A stretch of 64,000 nucleotides of DNA from Lama glama (Eukaryota), in NCBI GenBank assembly GCA_028534125.1, contig CM052832.1, positions 15,812,001 to 15,876,000 of the forward strand, given 5' to 3'. The translations under genes and the position numbers were made by a program. Numbering within the stretch: the stretch's first letter is position 1; every line of letters starts with the position of its first letter. Positions 1 through 19,532 of the stretch are shown piece after piece. The notes under the pieces are model-generated. The model ran no database searches, was not told the origin of the DNA, and saw nothing but the letters and a program-made list of their open reading frames with translations.

Positions 1-177
1 AGGTCAGCTATTGGGAAGCAGTCAGGGAAGCAGAGCTTACATGCTGAACAGTTTACATTAATTTTGGGCTTTCAGAACTTCATGTACACTGCCACAGGTC
101 CATTCTTCTGCTCCCTAAAATATTAGCCCACCCCCAACCAAACAAAACAAAAAGTTATAGATTCATTGGTTTGGAGA

Positions 178-390
178 AGGGGTAGGTAAACTATGGCCTG
201 GGGACAAATCTGGCCTGCCACTTGTTTTGGTAAATGGAACTTTATTGGAACACAGCCATATTCATGCTTACATATTACCCATGGCTGCTTTCACACCATA
301 CCTTCAGGGTTAAGTGGTTTTAAGAGACAATTATGTTCTTAAAAGTCTATTTCATCACCTAGCCATTTGTGGGAAAAATCATCTTCTCTT
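178..390 (+). mobile_element. MER58A-like hAT-Charlie MITE in a BRD2 intron
   Basis: AAACTATGGCC...AAATCTGGCC...TTTATTGGAACACAGCCA...TGGCTGCTTT pattern. Confidence 0.65.
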
Positions 391-441
391 GCAGAGATTA
401 TACAGTTAAGCATGTCTCTGCTTCCTATTGTTAAAACTTAC

Positions 442-5993
<5,552 letters not shown>

Positions 5994-7276
5994 CTTGACC
6001 GCGGGGAACCAGCGCTGCCCTCAGCCGCGGAGAGTCCAGGTGGCCTCGGTTCCCCTTACCTCCCGGTCCAGCATAACCCGGGAAGTGTGTGGGGGCGGGG
6101 GCCGTCGCCCTTGGCCCTCCAGGCGACAACCCCCCGCGCCGGGCCGGCACGAAAGCAGTCTCCTCCGCTGTTTCCCAGAGAACTCCGGCAGCTTGGCGCG
6201 CTCCGCAGGAGGCGGACAGCGAGAAAATGGCGGCGGCCTCAGCTGAGGCGGGCGAGCGAAGGGGGACGGACTCTTCAAACCCCAGGACGGCCCCCGATCC
6301 CAGACACCGTCGTCAATATTGCCCGCTGTTGGTCTGCAAAGATTCACTCTTCCTGCTGGGACCGTCCGCAGCGGACGAAGTCCCGTTTCGATCTCGGATG
6401 GAGGCGGATGAACACGAAAAGTGGTTTAGGATGCCGCCGCCTCCATCTTTGAAATCCTCTTGAGGGCGGAGTAGAGGGGGTGGACAGACTCCCGAGGATT
6501 GGGCGGGGCCCGAAAAAGGGGAGCTTCGGGGGCTTCTATGGGGTCTGTACTGTCCGCCGGGACCAGTCATAGGCCGAGACGAAGGCCATTTCCAAGCGGA
6601 TGGACGTGGATTGTAATGGCGGCCCCGGACGACTCGAAGGCTCTGTATAGGTAGGCAGAATCCTCCAGCTCGTTCTAGAGGCTGCTCCACTCCAGCGCGA
6701 AATGGCGCCGCCGAGCCCCGCGCCAGCCCTTTATATATAGGCAGGGGGGAGGAGCTTCGCCGCTCATGCGCGCCACCGTGCTCGAGCTTTCCCCACCCCC
6801 TCCGCGCGCGCACGCTCGCTCACGCGCGTGAAGAAGCAGAGTTGAAGAGGGAGGAACACTTCTCCGCGGGAGCGTTTTCTATTGGTCTGCTGAAGCGATG
6901 ACGTCATAAGCCTTATTTCCAAAGCATCAGTCACCAGGCAGAAGAGTGCCGCATAGACCCACGGGGAAGCAGCAACCGGCCACATCTCTGAGCCAATTGG
7001 CTGCGCTGTGGTTCGGCAACTCCACGGAAAGAGGGAGGTTGGCAGGGGTGCAGCACCCTCTCCCCGCCTCCCCTTCCAACAAAGTCTTTCCAGGCGTCCA
7101 AGGCCGGTGCGACTGGCGACTGCCAAGCCCGGGCAGATCGTGCCATTCGTAGCTCCTCCATTGGCCAGACAGTGAGGAGAACTGGGGAGGGCCGCGTGGG
7201 CGTAGCCAGCATCGACCCGCTGGGGTGTGGCCACAGGACGCCCGCTCTCGGCAGTGAGGCCGCTGCAGTGAAGAAC
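5994..7276 (-). other. BRD2: Long GC-rich 5' UTR part of the BRD2 ATG-containing exon
   Basis: Acceptor CTTCTTCCTCATTTCAG/GTTC (AG at 7278-7277) gives a 1309-nt exon ending at the donor at 5967, similar to the recalled ~1.3 kb human exon. Several upstream ATGs are present. Confidence 0.7.
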
Positions 7277-9830
7277 CTGAAATGAGGAAGAAGACGCCAT
7301 CTTAGAAGTCCCGACCTTCCATTCTTGGCAAAAACCTACGGGCTCCCGAATATAGCGAGGAAGGAATCTAACGTTCCTGCGCTCCACAATCAAAAATACA
7401 CGCTTTCCATAGTCTTAAAACCCTCCCCTCCCTTCACCAGGTCAAAAAATCGAAGGACAAAGGCAAAACACTCCCCAAAGTCTACCATCTGTGAATTCCC
7501 AAAGGCTTCTCATCAAGGCAACTAAACAAAATCGGTTCCAAGTACCTGCACCCCACGCACCTCTCCAATCCCTCCCACTCATGCCTTAAGTTACCAATAC
7601 AAATATCGGCCTGCTCGACAAAACCTCGGCAGCCCTCAAGTGGGAACAAAAATCTCTAAACACCCATATACCCTATAAGATGAAACCCACCTCCTCCCCA
7701 AACTTCATTCCGGTTATCTGGCTCAGAGCGAAAAAACACGTCCTGCAAGGGGCGAATCAGGGTGAACACCCTGCCCCTCCTGGCGAGTTCAGACCTTTCC
7801 CCATGCGCCCCGCCCTCCCCCGATCCCGAAAGAAGGCCCGCACCCCGCTCTTAGGGTCCCGGTGATGTGGGGGCGGAAGAGCTCCCCCATCCCCCCCACC
7901 AGGGTCCGGAGTCCTCCCCACGGAGCGGCTGGTCCATCGGTCAGCGCCAGGGAGGAGGGCGAGCGGAGGAGGCGGCGGCTGCGGCTCGGGCTAGCCCTCC
8001 CCCTCCTCCTTTCCCCTCCTCCCCTCCCCCCCGGACCGTCCGCCTCCGAGGAGGGGCAGGAGCCATTTTGGGAGTTCAGTTTCGCCCCCTCCCCCTAAAC
8101 CACTCAACTAGATCTTTCCCACAATCTGCTGATCTGAATAGGGTTACAAACTACATATGAAGAGCCAGAGCACAAGGTCAGGATCTCTAAAGCCATCTCT
8201 GAGCTCCCCTGCCCCCTTACGGGGAGTGAAATTTACCCCAACTGGGCTTTGGTGGGGGCCTCCCCTCCCCATGTCCCCTCCCCTGGCTACCAGAAAAAAA
8301 AATTATGCATATCTCGTAAAGAAAAAGTAAATCAAAGAATATGGGAGACCCCCCCCCAACTCCCAGGACTTTGTGAAGGTCTAGGTTCTAGAGCTTCAAC
8401 CCTGTCACCCTACCTTCTTAGTAGCTGCTCTAGAGCCCTAACCTTAGTTACTGCGTCTAAAATGGCCGGCAATCTCCCGTCTTCTCGATCACCCGAGACG
8501 GGCAAACCCTGCGGGGGGAAGTGGGCACAGGGAAAGCAGAGTCTCTCCCCTCACTGCACCCTCTCGCTCCCAAGAGGCCTCGGCCACAGAAGTACAAGCG
8601 GGCCCACCCGGGTAGCTGCAGCAGGGCGAGCAATGACACAGCAACTTTACAGAGGCCTTCTCCCCTCCCCCACCCCTCCCCCTAGTGGCCCAGCCTCCCC
8701 AATCTGCTTTTCTGCACCCGGGGCCTGGCAAGTCTGCACAAAGACCCATCAGGGGGCCGGGCAGGGAAGAAAAATTTAGGAGGTCGAGAAAATGCAGGGC
8801 CTTAGAAAGGGAAAGGGCAGCCAGACATTTCTCTGGCTTATTTCCCTGCATTCCGGAAAATCACTGCTCCCTACTCCCTCCCAATCCTCCCTTCCCCCAC
8901 ATGAGTCACACGGGAGGCTACTGCTACTCAGTAATTTGGAAAAGTAACTCTTCCCTCCTTTCCGTTCCCTCCCCCGCAGTACACAAGGAGAGAACTGTTC
9001 AGGAATGGGGGAGGGGATGAAGGAGGCAAAAGACGCCACCTTGGAGAAACCCCAAACCTTGGGAGCTGTGAAATCATTCCAGGTCCTGAGACTCAAGTCT
9101 CTTCTGTGTCAGACCACGATTTTCAACCCCTCCCAAGACCCACGTTGGGCCTGGTTTCTGGCCCCAAGCCGACCGCAAGCTTTCAGCCTCTAACCCCTCC
9201 CCAGCCCTGTTGCAGACACATGCTCAGCTAAGACCCCACTGGGGCAACGAAGGTTTGTTCAGAAGGCTCCACCGGCCATGTCCACGTGAATGCCCACAAA
9301 TTCGATAAGCGACTCGAAGCTTAACCTCCACCATGCCATGTGATGACTGCCATCTTCCTACCTCTGACACAAAGGAAGCACAGAAATGCTCCTTCTGTAG
9401 TCTCTGGGGAGAAAGGGAGTGGGCGCCCGGAACAATCTCAGTTCACAACCTGGGTTGCCAACTCTAAGCATTCACATCTACGGTAAGAACTAGTCACCGC
9501 TCCCTCCAGCCGCCAAAAGGATCCCTTCTCACCTGGCTCCAGACTGCTGTACCCCTAGGGGACGAATGGAAAGGGGGGGACACACCGCCCCCACGCCCCT
9601 TTGCCCTCCAATTGGTATGGAGACATGAGGTTGGCCATTCCCTTCCCCCACCCGAGGGGCCCTCTCCTGCTCGCCCTCCATGCTCCCATTGGCTGTAAAC
9701 TGTTTGAAGGACAAATCCTCCCACCCTCAGGATTCTTCTCTGAACCCCAAGAATCTCCCTCCTGGACTCCCCACCATTGGTTACACATTTAAATAGCTGG
9801 CAACCTCCCCCCTCCAGCACCCCTTCTCAC

Positions 9831-10290
9831 CTGGATCTTGGAACCTTCCAGGGGGGCTCCAATGTTCCCCTTGGCTTGGTCCGGGGGGAGGATGTAATCC
9901 GGGGTGTCACCCCCCCGGAAACTGAGGTTGTGTTGGGGGAGGGGGCGTAGCCCCCAGCCCCTCCCTTCCCGACTGAGCTGGGGGGTGGGGAGAGCATCGG
10001 GGCCGCGCGGCCACGTCAGCAACACCCAGATTGGCCGCGTCGGGTCACGTGACAGCCCCCCTACACCCCCTCCGCGCCACGGTGGCCAGTTTTCCGAAGG
10101 TTTCCGGGGGTCGCGCAAGGGGCCAAGGGGGCCGCATGGCCTAGTCCTTTCTCCAGAGACCCCCAAACACTCTAATGCTGCTGCCTCGTCATATCCCCGG
10201 CTTCCTATCCCGCAGTCGTTGACCCTGTCCCCCCCACTCGCCTCTCCGTACGGGTTCAGCATGGCTGCCGCAGCCCAGGAACAGGCACAA
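9831..10290 (-). other. BRD2: Probable non-coding first exon of BRD2
   Basis: Donor CAG/GTGAGA (GT at 9830-9829) inside the distal CpG island; a similar donor lies at 9532-9531. The 5' end is approximate. Confidence 0.55.
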
Positions 10291-10760
10291 CGCAGGCGCA
10301 AGGGTGCGGCCGGATTGGGGGAGGGGAAAGGGAGCAACGGAGGCCGCGGGAGAGCGGCAGTGCGCAGGCGTCCGGGCGGGCACCGTAGCTCCCGCGGCGG
10401 GTCTCGGAGCGCGCGCGGTGGGTGGGGCGGAAGCGGGCACGGCGCGCCGACCTCCTGCCTCAGCGGCCACTCCCCCACTGCCCACGGCCTCGGGAGGCGG
10501 CCTGACTGGGTTCCTTTTCCGCAGGTAAAAGGTGCAGCTTGGAACTCCCTGGCTGGAGTCCAGCGGAAACGCGCGCCGCCCAGCTGTTGTCAGTGGAGGA
10601 GAATGGGGCCTGGACCTGGAGATGTGAGGGTTTGCAGGGTAGTGTGTGTGGCAGTGTAGTGCTGTTCCAAGACGGGTGAGAAGAGTTTTATCACCACCCT
10701 CATCCTTCCTGCTGCGGGGATTTGAGGCGCGGGCGGTTGATGTGGGCGTTATGTTCGGCC
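9890..10760. promoter_or_regulatory. BRD2 distal CpG island / upstream promoter
   Basis: CpG-dense. E-box GTCACGTGAC (~10044-10053), ATTGG (~10030), GC box with ETS-like CGGAAG (~10423-10433), NRF1-like GCGCAGGCG repeats. Confidence 0.75.
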
Positions 10761-11957
10761 CCTTTGTTTTAGGCTGCGTTATAACCTTTCACTTCCCCTG
10801 AATCTACCTAGATTTCATTACTTCATTAAGACCTGCCACTTGGACTCTGTCTTCTACAAAACTTACCAGCCTTGCGATCACTTTGACTTTACTTGTTTCT
10901 TCCATTTACGTTAAAACGCTTCTGCTTTTTCTAAGGCTTTGCCCTCTGCTCAATCTTGAATCAAACCCATAAAAATCTAATATAGGGTTGGTTGCCACCT
11001 AAAGCGGACCTTCTGTTCAAAGGCAGTAATCCTTCCCTTGACCCTTAGAGTGTGGTTCAAAACCCCTACTCCCCACCTACAGGACGAAAAGGCCAATTTA
11101 TTGGAGAACTCTGGGCTTTCCGTCTCCTACCTGTAAACTGGGCCAGGTCTGTGTCCCTTCACCATTGTACTAGAAGTCCTCTCTTCGGATTAAGGAAATT
11201 TATTTCCTTTTGACCTGGTCGACCTTATCTGTTACTCTGAAGCTATCCTCTGTTTTCTACCAGTCGATATTTTTAACTTCTCCCTTCTGCTAGTTTCCCA
11301 GCCAAAGAAAAAGGAAAGAAAAAAAGTAACCTTATCAATATGTATCTTCTTATAGGCTCTCTTATTTACCTCTTAGCTCCCTGCACAGTCAAGACCTGAA
11401 ATTGTCATCTTAATTTTCCTCTCTCTGCCCCATCCCACTCTTCAGCCCATTTCTTCCACTACTGAGACTGTCTTTGATGGAAATGTCACCAAGGATCTCC
11501 TAATTGGCAAAGTCAGAAAGCAATTCTCAGTTCTCACCTTATTTGACCTCTCAAATATTTGACATTTGATCATGCTTCCTTCTTGAAATTTTCTACACCC
11601 TTAACTTCTGTGACCACTTCTCACTTGTTTCTCTGCTTGTCCAGAGGTTCTGCTGGTCTCCTCTGTGAACTCTTCTTCTTTAGCCCCTGTTGATGTTTGC
11701 CAGGATTTTGCCTCAGTTTACTTTTAGTTTTGTTCATATTCTCTAGGTAATCTCACTCAATGGCTTGAAGCCTCTCAAATCTGTATTTTTAGTTCAGACA
11801 ACTCTCCGGAGCTAAACTCAAGTACTTAATTTTACCACTTGGATAACCCTCAGACACTTCCGCATGTTCAAAATCGATGTACAAAACCTGCTTCTGTATT
11901 ATCCTGGCTAATGGCAGCCATTCAGTCAAAAAAAACCTGGAATCTGAGAGCCATTCT

Positions 11958-12090
11958 TTTTTTTTCTAAGGGGAGGAGGTAATTACGTTTATTTATTTAC
12001 TGATTTTTTTAAGTGGAGGTACGGGGATTGAACCCAGGACCTTGTGCATGCTAGGCAGGCACTCTGCCACTAGCTATCCCCTCTCTCTTG
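11958..12090 (-). mobile_element. Vic-1-like tRNA-derived SINE
   Basis: tRNA-Ala-like A/B boxes plus AT-rich tail; TSD GAGCCATTCT at 11948-11957 and 12091-12100. Confidence 0.85.
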
Positions 12091-12239
12091 GAGCCATTCT
12101 CGATTTCATTTTTTACAACTTTGTATCCCCTAGACTTATCTTTTTGCCTTCTGGTATAACCATTGACTCACACTCTGTCCTAGTTCTATCACCTGAGCTA
12201 TATCTACAGCTTCCTAACTGATTTCCTGATCTCTAAAGC

Positions 12240-12440
12240 TACACTGTCCAATATGGTAGCCGCTGGCTACATATGGCTATTTAAATTAATACTGAATATA
12301 ATTTTAAATTTAGTTCCTCAGATGCACCAGCCACATTTCAAATTCTCATTAGCCACATGTGCCTAGCAGCTGTCACAGTAGATAGCACAAACTATAGAAC
12401 ATTTCCCCCACTGAAGAAAGTTCCGTTCAACAGTGCTGCT
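12240..12440. mobile_element. MER3-like hAT MITE
   Basis: CTGTCCAATATGGTAGCC...TAGTTCCTCAG...CAGCCACATTTCAA...TAGAACATTTCC...ACAGTGCTG. Confidence 0.65.
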
Positions 12441-13295
12441 GTAGCTTTTCCCCTCTGCCTCTGCCACAGTAATGCCAGTGAGCTTTCGAAGATACAGCTC
12501 TGGCCATAGGCTCCTTTTAAGCCCTGTATTAATTCCTTATTGCCTTTGTGATAAAGTCCAAATTCCTGTGCTTACCAGAAAAGTCTGCCTACCTCTCCAG
12601 CCTCATGTCTAGCCACTTCCTCTTGGGCCCTGTCCTCAGCCATATGGAACTGTTCCCCAGACACACCATTTTGTTTTATGCCTTTGTATTTTACACATAC
12701 TGTGCTCACTACATGGAATAGGCTTTCCCCCAGTCCTTCTAAGCCCACGACCATCATCTGAAAAGCCTACTCTTGTTTTCCAAATTGAGTCGACTGCTCA
12801 TTCCTTGGTGTCCCTTTCTCTTATGATTGCACCTTTCACAAAGAAGGGCACTTAAGTGATGCCACCTGTGTCTCTGTCCCTTACTAGACTTTGAACTTGA
12901 GAAGAGGACCATGTTATTCTTCAAAAACAAAAAAAAAAACCCAGTTCCTGGTACAGTACCCAGCCAATATGAGATGCTCACAAAGTGAGCAAATGTGGTG
13001 AAGGAAATTGATGTTTAATAAGTATGTGAATTAGATAAGATTGTAATGTATGTATACTATGGGGTGCCATGCATAGTGCTGGGGGAATAATCAAAGTGAG
13101 ACAAAATTATTGCTGTCAGATAAATATTTGACACACAGGAGCAGTGTGAGGAAAGACAGGTCATTTTCATAGACAGCATTGCAGTCCAGTCTGGCCAGAA
13201 TAGAATATAAGCTACAAGAAGTAGAGCAGGAGAGAAGACTGGAAGGTAACTTTATATGAGGCAATGTTATGAAGGAGTTCCAGTCCTGTTAAGTT

Positions 13296-13442
13296 TGGTT
13301 TTTGTGTGTGGTGTGGGTGGTAATTAGGTCTTTTTATTTAACAGTTGTTTTTTTTTCAATAGAGGTACTGGGAATTGAACCCTGGACCTTGTGCATGCTA
13401 AGCACACACTCTACCACTGAGCTATACCCTCTGAGGCCAGGG
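13296..13442 (-). mobile_element. Vic-1-like SINE
   Basis: Same consensus; TSD CTGTTAAGTT at 13286-13295 and 13443-13452. Confidence 0.85.
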
Positions 13443-13749
13443 CTGTTAAGTTAGTGGGGAGCCACTGAAAATTTGTGAACAATGGCTTGATTGGAATTAT
13501 GTCATTAGATAGGAATTCTATCTTCATATCCCTGGTGGCTATCACTATACCTGTTAATAAACGCCAAATAAAAATATCAGGGGCTGGAAGGAGATGAGAT
13601 TGGTGATAGCCAACATTTATTGAGGTTTAAAAATTTTTAATTGAAGTATCATTGATTTACAATGTTGTATTAGTTTCTGCTGTATAGCATAGTGATTCAG
13701 TTATACATACATATTATTTTTCATCATAAGTTATTATATTGAGTTCTTG

Positions 13750-13945
13750 AAATATCTCAGGCCCTATTATAAGTGCTTATATATATTAACTTTTCTAATC
13801 CTTATAACCCTATAAAGTAAATACTATTGTTATCGCCCTGTTTTTTCAACTGAAGCAACTGAAGCAAGAGATACTAAATAATTTATCCGCAGTTACACAT
13901 TTAGTAAGTGTCCAGAGCTGGAATTTGAACCTGGGCAGTCTACCT
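13750..13945 (-). mobile_element. MIR SINE fragment
   Basis: TTTAGTAAGTGTCCAGAGCTGGAATTTGAACCTGGGCAGTCT core. Confidence 0.6.
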
Positions 13946-14267
13946 CTGGATAGGCACAGCAGGTGTTTTAAGATCTAGGCTTAAAGTTGGAGAAAAAAAA
14001 GATTAGTAGAGGTAGATTTGGGAGTCATCTTTGAGGTGTAGTTTAACTCAGTCATGCATGTAGGTGAGATTTATAAGGGAGGATGGACAGAAGAATTTAG
14101 TTGTTGATTAAGGATTGAGCTTTGGGTTAGACCCTCACAAAGGGAGCAAGAATAGCAAGTGGAGCCAGTGGAGGAGTGTCAAACAAGAAGGAAAAGCAGA
14201 ACAACATAACATGAGGAAGCCAGAGGGCTCCAGTGAAGACTTCACGTTTATTGAATGAATGACTAAT

Positions 14268-14735
14268 CAGAGCTTTTTAAATCTTGTCTGTGCCATGGAT
14301 TTATTTGGCAGTTTGGCAGAGCCTTTGGCCTTTGTCTGACAATAATGTTCATAAATGCGCAAATAAAATACACAATTATCCAAATATATAAAGAAGTGTG
14401 TGATTATCTAGTAATAGGTGTTCCCTTACTAATAGAACACGTGTGTTTCTTAACTAATACATTAAGTAAAATGATTTATTGGCAGGTCTAACAAGTTATA
14501 ACTATAGAGATATTTTGAGATGTCTGTGTATGTGATATGTAAATATTCATAGACGGTGGTTTCTATTGATGACAACATTACGGGTACTGCTAGTACTACA
14601 AAGACTTGTTCTCATCATTCATAAAATTAAATTTCAGTTAGATGTTCTTAAAAATAAAAGTAGCTCTTTTTAATTCATCCAAGTTCATTGACCGTTGAAT
14701 TTTACAGCATGTGGACTGCCAGTTAAGAACCCCTG
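14268..14735 (+). mobile_element. MER119-like hAT-Charlie element
   Basis: 5' TGTGCCATGG...TTTGGCAG and 3' terminal GTTAAGAACCCCTG. Confidence 0.55.
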
Positions 14736-17700
14736 TTCTGATTGAATGAGATCCTGCAGGTAAGTGTGAGAGAGTGAAGAAAGGGGAAAAACTCCTTAGG
14801 TTCGTAACTGGGAGTCATTACTGATATTGGAGAGCAATTTCTGTAGTCTGGGGATAGTATTCAGAGTGTAGGGAACCTGAAAACCCAGGCCCACTAATTC
14901 AGACTGAGTCTTGTAAAAAGAAGGGAGCTGTTTAATTTCTTTGAGAGGGAAAGTAAGAGCTACCTTTATAGGAAGATTTATTTGACAACAGTGTGCACCA
15001 TGGATTGGCCTTGGAGAGACTGGAGGTAAGTCAGCTAGGAACCCTAGCACACATTTCATGCGTGAAATGAAGGAATAAAGTAGTCGTAGTGTTCAAATTC
15101 ATTGCACTTAGACGAGGATCCGAATCTTGCTGTCGTCTGGAAGGTCCCATGTGGTCTTGCTTCTTCCTGCCTCTAGCCTCATTTGCTGTCCTCTCTTATT
15201 CACTAATTATGCACCAACTACACCAGTCTTCATCTTGAAGGAGCCAGCCCTTTGCCTGCCTCAGGGCCTTACACATGCTGTTCCCTCCACTGGAGCACTC
15301 TTCTTCCCACTGGCTAACTCCTACTCACCCTTCAGAGCCCATCTCAGTATCACTAGGTTCCCTGTTTCAGTTAGTCTCTCTTATGGATCTCAGTTCTTTA
15401 CCTTCATAGTGCCTTTTACAGTTTGCATTTGTAGGTTTCTATGTGTACTTGTTTAATGTCTCTATTTTCATTAGATTATAAGTTTGATAATTAGGTGTCT
15501 GGTGCCCAGCATACTGCCAGGCACATAGAAGGTAATCAATCCATATTTACTAAATAAATAAATGAACCACTTTGAGCCACAGACTTCTTGTTTACATAAT
15601 GGGAATGATACCAATTTTGTAGAGTAGTTGACAGAATTGCTATATGCTGTCAATAACAATGAAGCTAAAAGGGCAGAATGTATGTGTACATGAAGAGAGA
15701 ACACTTAGCTGGGAACGAGGGTAAATGTGGGAGCCGGATGGCCAGGTTTGCTCTCTGAAGCAGGCTGTGGCAGGGAGTAGGAAGAATGCAAAGAGTGGTG
15801 GGGTACATGGTGAAGGCAGTGGGGGTGAAGGTGTTTGTAGAGTAGCCCACAGACATGCCTGGTAAGAGCTACTATTGAAATATCTGTGTTAGAAGGAACA
15901 GGCTATCCTTCATATAATGCTCGAAGGCTCTTCCCAGCTCAGCTTCAGCACCCTCAGTTACTTATAGCCCATTTATTCATCCAATGAGTAGTCACTTGCT
16001 GGTGGGCCTTCTTGGTAGATGCTGAAAATGTTTAAAAAAAAAAAAGAAGAAGAAGAAGAACATGACAAGATCCCTTGAGGATCTTGCAGTGGGAGTGAGG
16101 TGACTGTGAAACAGACATAAACAGAAGAGAATAATACAATAAAAATTATGGTAACGGTAATGGTGTTGTGGAAGCACACTGAAGAGGCTACTAATCTCCA
16201 CTCTGGGTCCCAAGGCTTCCTGAGGGAGGTGAGACTTTGTCTCAAAGGACAGATGGAAATAGGTTAAATGGGACCAGATCATTTAGGGTCATGCCAAGGA
16301 AAGCAGATTGCAGAGAATGATGGAAGGTTTTCATACATTAGTATGATGTGATCGAATGTGCCTAATAAAAACATCCCCTTGGCAGCCCAGCAAAATAAGA
16401 ATAAGATAGAAACAGATCATTTATAAGAAAATTGCAGTCATCCAGGAAAAAAACCCAAGCAAACCAACAAGGGCCTGAACCAGTGGGAATGGAGGACGAT
16501 TCAAGAGATACAGAAGTGGAACAGATAAGACTTGATAATTAGATGAGAAGGTTTGAGGAAGATGAAGTCAAAATTGACTCAAACATTTGTCGTTCATCTG
16601 ATCAGGTGGCCAGTCAAGTTACACACTTAGGTCTTGAATATGAGATCTGGAACATATAGGGAAGGGAAGGTGGTGAGTTTCGTTTCATAAATTTTGAGAG
16701 AGAGGTACGTCCTGAACTTAATTTGCCTGATAGAATTCATTATTGAACATTCAGCAGGAGTTTATGAGGCAATGTAAAACAGAAAACTCACTAAGTTTTT
16801 TTTTAATGAAGGCACAATTTGAAAACCACAAGAGTGCTTTTCATTTAAAACTTTCTTTTAGACATAATTGGGGGAAAATGAACAGATTGGGTTAAATGAG
16901 GTAAAGCAATTGTTTTTAATTTTGTTGGTTATGGTGATAGTATGATAGTTATGTTAAAGGAAAAGTTATTACAGATACCCTTAGAAATGTTTCCTAGTGA
17001 AATAAAATGATAGAGTTTGTTTAAATACTCCAGAAAAAATGTATGTGGCATTATGAAAACAAAAACAAAAAACAGCAAACACTTCAATTAAAAACTGAAA
17101 AACGAAACAAAACAAAACAAAAAACCCCAAAAAAGCCTGGGGGGGAGAAAGTGTTTGGAACAGGATAATAGATGAAATAAGAATGGAAGGCTTTTAGAAT
17201 GTTGAAAATTGATGAAAATTGTACACGGAGATTTATTAGATTCTTCTCTTTTGTATGTGTCTGAAATTTTTCATAGTAAAAACAATTTTTTTAACTTGGA
17301 CATAGATCCAAAGGAAATCAGTTAGTGGAATTTAAATAGTATAATTTATCAATCAACATTGAGTCAGATCATATGTATATTTTGAATTTGTGTCAAGACT
17401 CATGGCAGACCAGAGGTCACCAGTGTATGGCATATATTACCCAGGCAGTTAACTGGGAAATGCTGTCCGGGCATTAATGCACAGAATTAATCTCATGTTT
17501 ATGCCTCAGACGATCTCATGCAATTGTCTGGGATGCCACACGTTCAGGATAGCTGTAATGAGGTAGTGGTTTGGTTCATAATTCCCCTTCTCTGGGAGTA
17601 GCTCTGATTCACAGAGATGATGTTGTGCCTGGCCACTGATGATTGATCCGGAGTACAAACCTAATACAAGCCAAGCCAGTCAGATTGTCTCTCCCAGCAA

Positions 17701-19279
17701 TGTGAAACTTGAAAGATAGAGGTTGGAGGCCTTTGAAGGTGAGGCATCTGTTAATGGCAGCTCAACCCCTGCTGCTAAGGCCCTGTGGTTCCCCTTCCTG
17801 TGACTAGCTTATTCCACCCTTCTTTTGATTTCATGAGCTTGCTCAGTATCTGTCCAATAAATTGGCCCTCAAAAGTTGAGTTAACCTAAAGAATACGCCA
17901 CTTTTCCTCCAACTCTGAGTTCACCAGGGCCTAGTAGGGAACTGGGAAAAAAAAAAAAGTTGAGTTAGCCAGAATTGGTTTCTGTTGCTTACAACCAAAA
18001 TAGCCGTACTAAATACAATAAATTATTGCATAATAAAAACTATTATATAAACATGTTGATATTTTATTGCATCTGTGTTGAAATAGATTTAAAAATTAAA
18101 AATTACTACTATCAAATTTATGTATAAAAATATTTCTTCAGGAACACTGTTTTGTGGAGAGTACAGTTTGAGAACTGCTGTTGCACCACATCAAAGTGGA
18201 GATGCCCAAAGGCAGTTGGATGTATGGGTGGTGTGGAACTCAGAGCAAGACCTGAGCTGAAGGGGGAAATTTGGACGATGTTGGCAAGTAGGTGGTAACT
18301 GAAGACAAGTGGGAGTAAATACCATCCAGGGCAAGCATATAATGTAAGAAGAGAAGAGACTGAGGACCAGACTCCAGGGAACACCAGCATTTAAGGGATA
18401 GCTGAAGAAAAGGAGTCCATGAAGGAGACAGGATGCTAGAGAAGTGAGAGGAAAAATTAGGAGAGAATGCTGTAAGGGATGCCAAAAAAAAAAAAAAAAA
18501 AAGACTGTTTTAGGAAGGAGGGCGCGGCCAAGGGTGTAAAATATTGCAGAGCCTGCAAAGAGTCCATTTGGTCTAGCAAAACAAAAATGAACAATTTCAT
18601 TGTGAGAATGAGAGATGGTTGCCCACGACTTTTTCAGGAATCTTGGCTCTGTCAGGAAAAAGAAAATGAGGCACTACTAGAAAGGGATGGAAAGCTGAGT
18701 GTTAGAAAGGATTTACAGGTGTTGTGCCATTATTTTCAGAAGCATTCACATCTAATTACCAGAGACAGCAAGTTACTAGGATGCAGAACTGGCTGTCTTG
18801 CTCTTCTCTTGCTCACAAATACCACTTCCCCAAATGTATTCAAGACTATTTTTGTAATCTCTATTATGGAGATTGTTGCAGGATCCTGACAGGAAGGATT
18901 ATATAGAGGGAAGGGTAGTTATAAATGTTTGAACTTGTTAGCATTTATACTGGGAGAGAAGGGGATTAACCACACCTTGCCTTTGTCTTGATGATGGGTG
19001 GTAATATCCCCTCATGTTGGTCTTATCCACACTCTACTCTCTGTGGAGAACTTTGATTGTTCCTCCCACCAGAGTAGAGGCAGTGTCTGCTGTCCTAGTC
19101 CTCTCACCCAGTCCTCCTCCTCCTGTGCCTCCTGCTTCCCCCAGACCTCCTCCCAAACGATGTATCTGGGGCACAACACATTCATTAACCAATTGCTGTG
19201 CCCAAGAAGGAACTGGGCTCTTTGGAGGATGGGTTTATTTTGGGTTCGCCATCCCAATTCTGACTACACACATAGACAA

Positions 19280-19532
19280 TGTACAGCAGACTATGGTCTG
19301 GGATCAAAATTCAGCCCATATGTGTTTATATGGCCCTAGAACTCAGGAAAGTTTTTGTGCTTTTAAATGGTTTGGGGAAAAAAGCAAAAGAATTATATTT
19401 CGTGACTCACAAAAATTATATGAAATTTAAATGTCAGTGTTCATAAGTAAAAAGGTTAAGAATAAGAGCAAAATTCTAAGGAACAAATATTTGCTATCTG
19501 GTCCTTTACAGAAAAAGTTTGCCCGCTCCTGG
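19280..19532 (+). mobile_element. MER58B-like hAT MITE
   Basis: TTTTAAATGGTT...AAAAGAAT...TTTCGTGAC...CTATCTGGTCCTTTACAGAAAAAGTTTGCC. Confidence 0.6.

Noticed and set aside
9789..10659. Long ORFs of 229 aa (-) and 251 aa (+)
   Set aside because: Low-complexity G/P/R/A translations on both strands of a CpG island; no recognisable domain.
13360..13430. tRNA-Ala-like sequences (this and nine other copies)
   Set aside because: AT-rich tails, TSDs and divergence identify them as SINEs, not tRNA genes.
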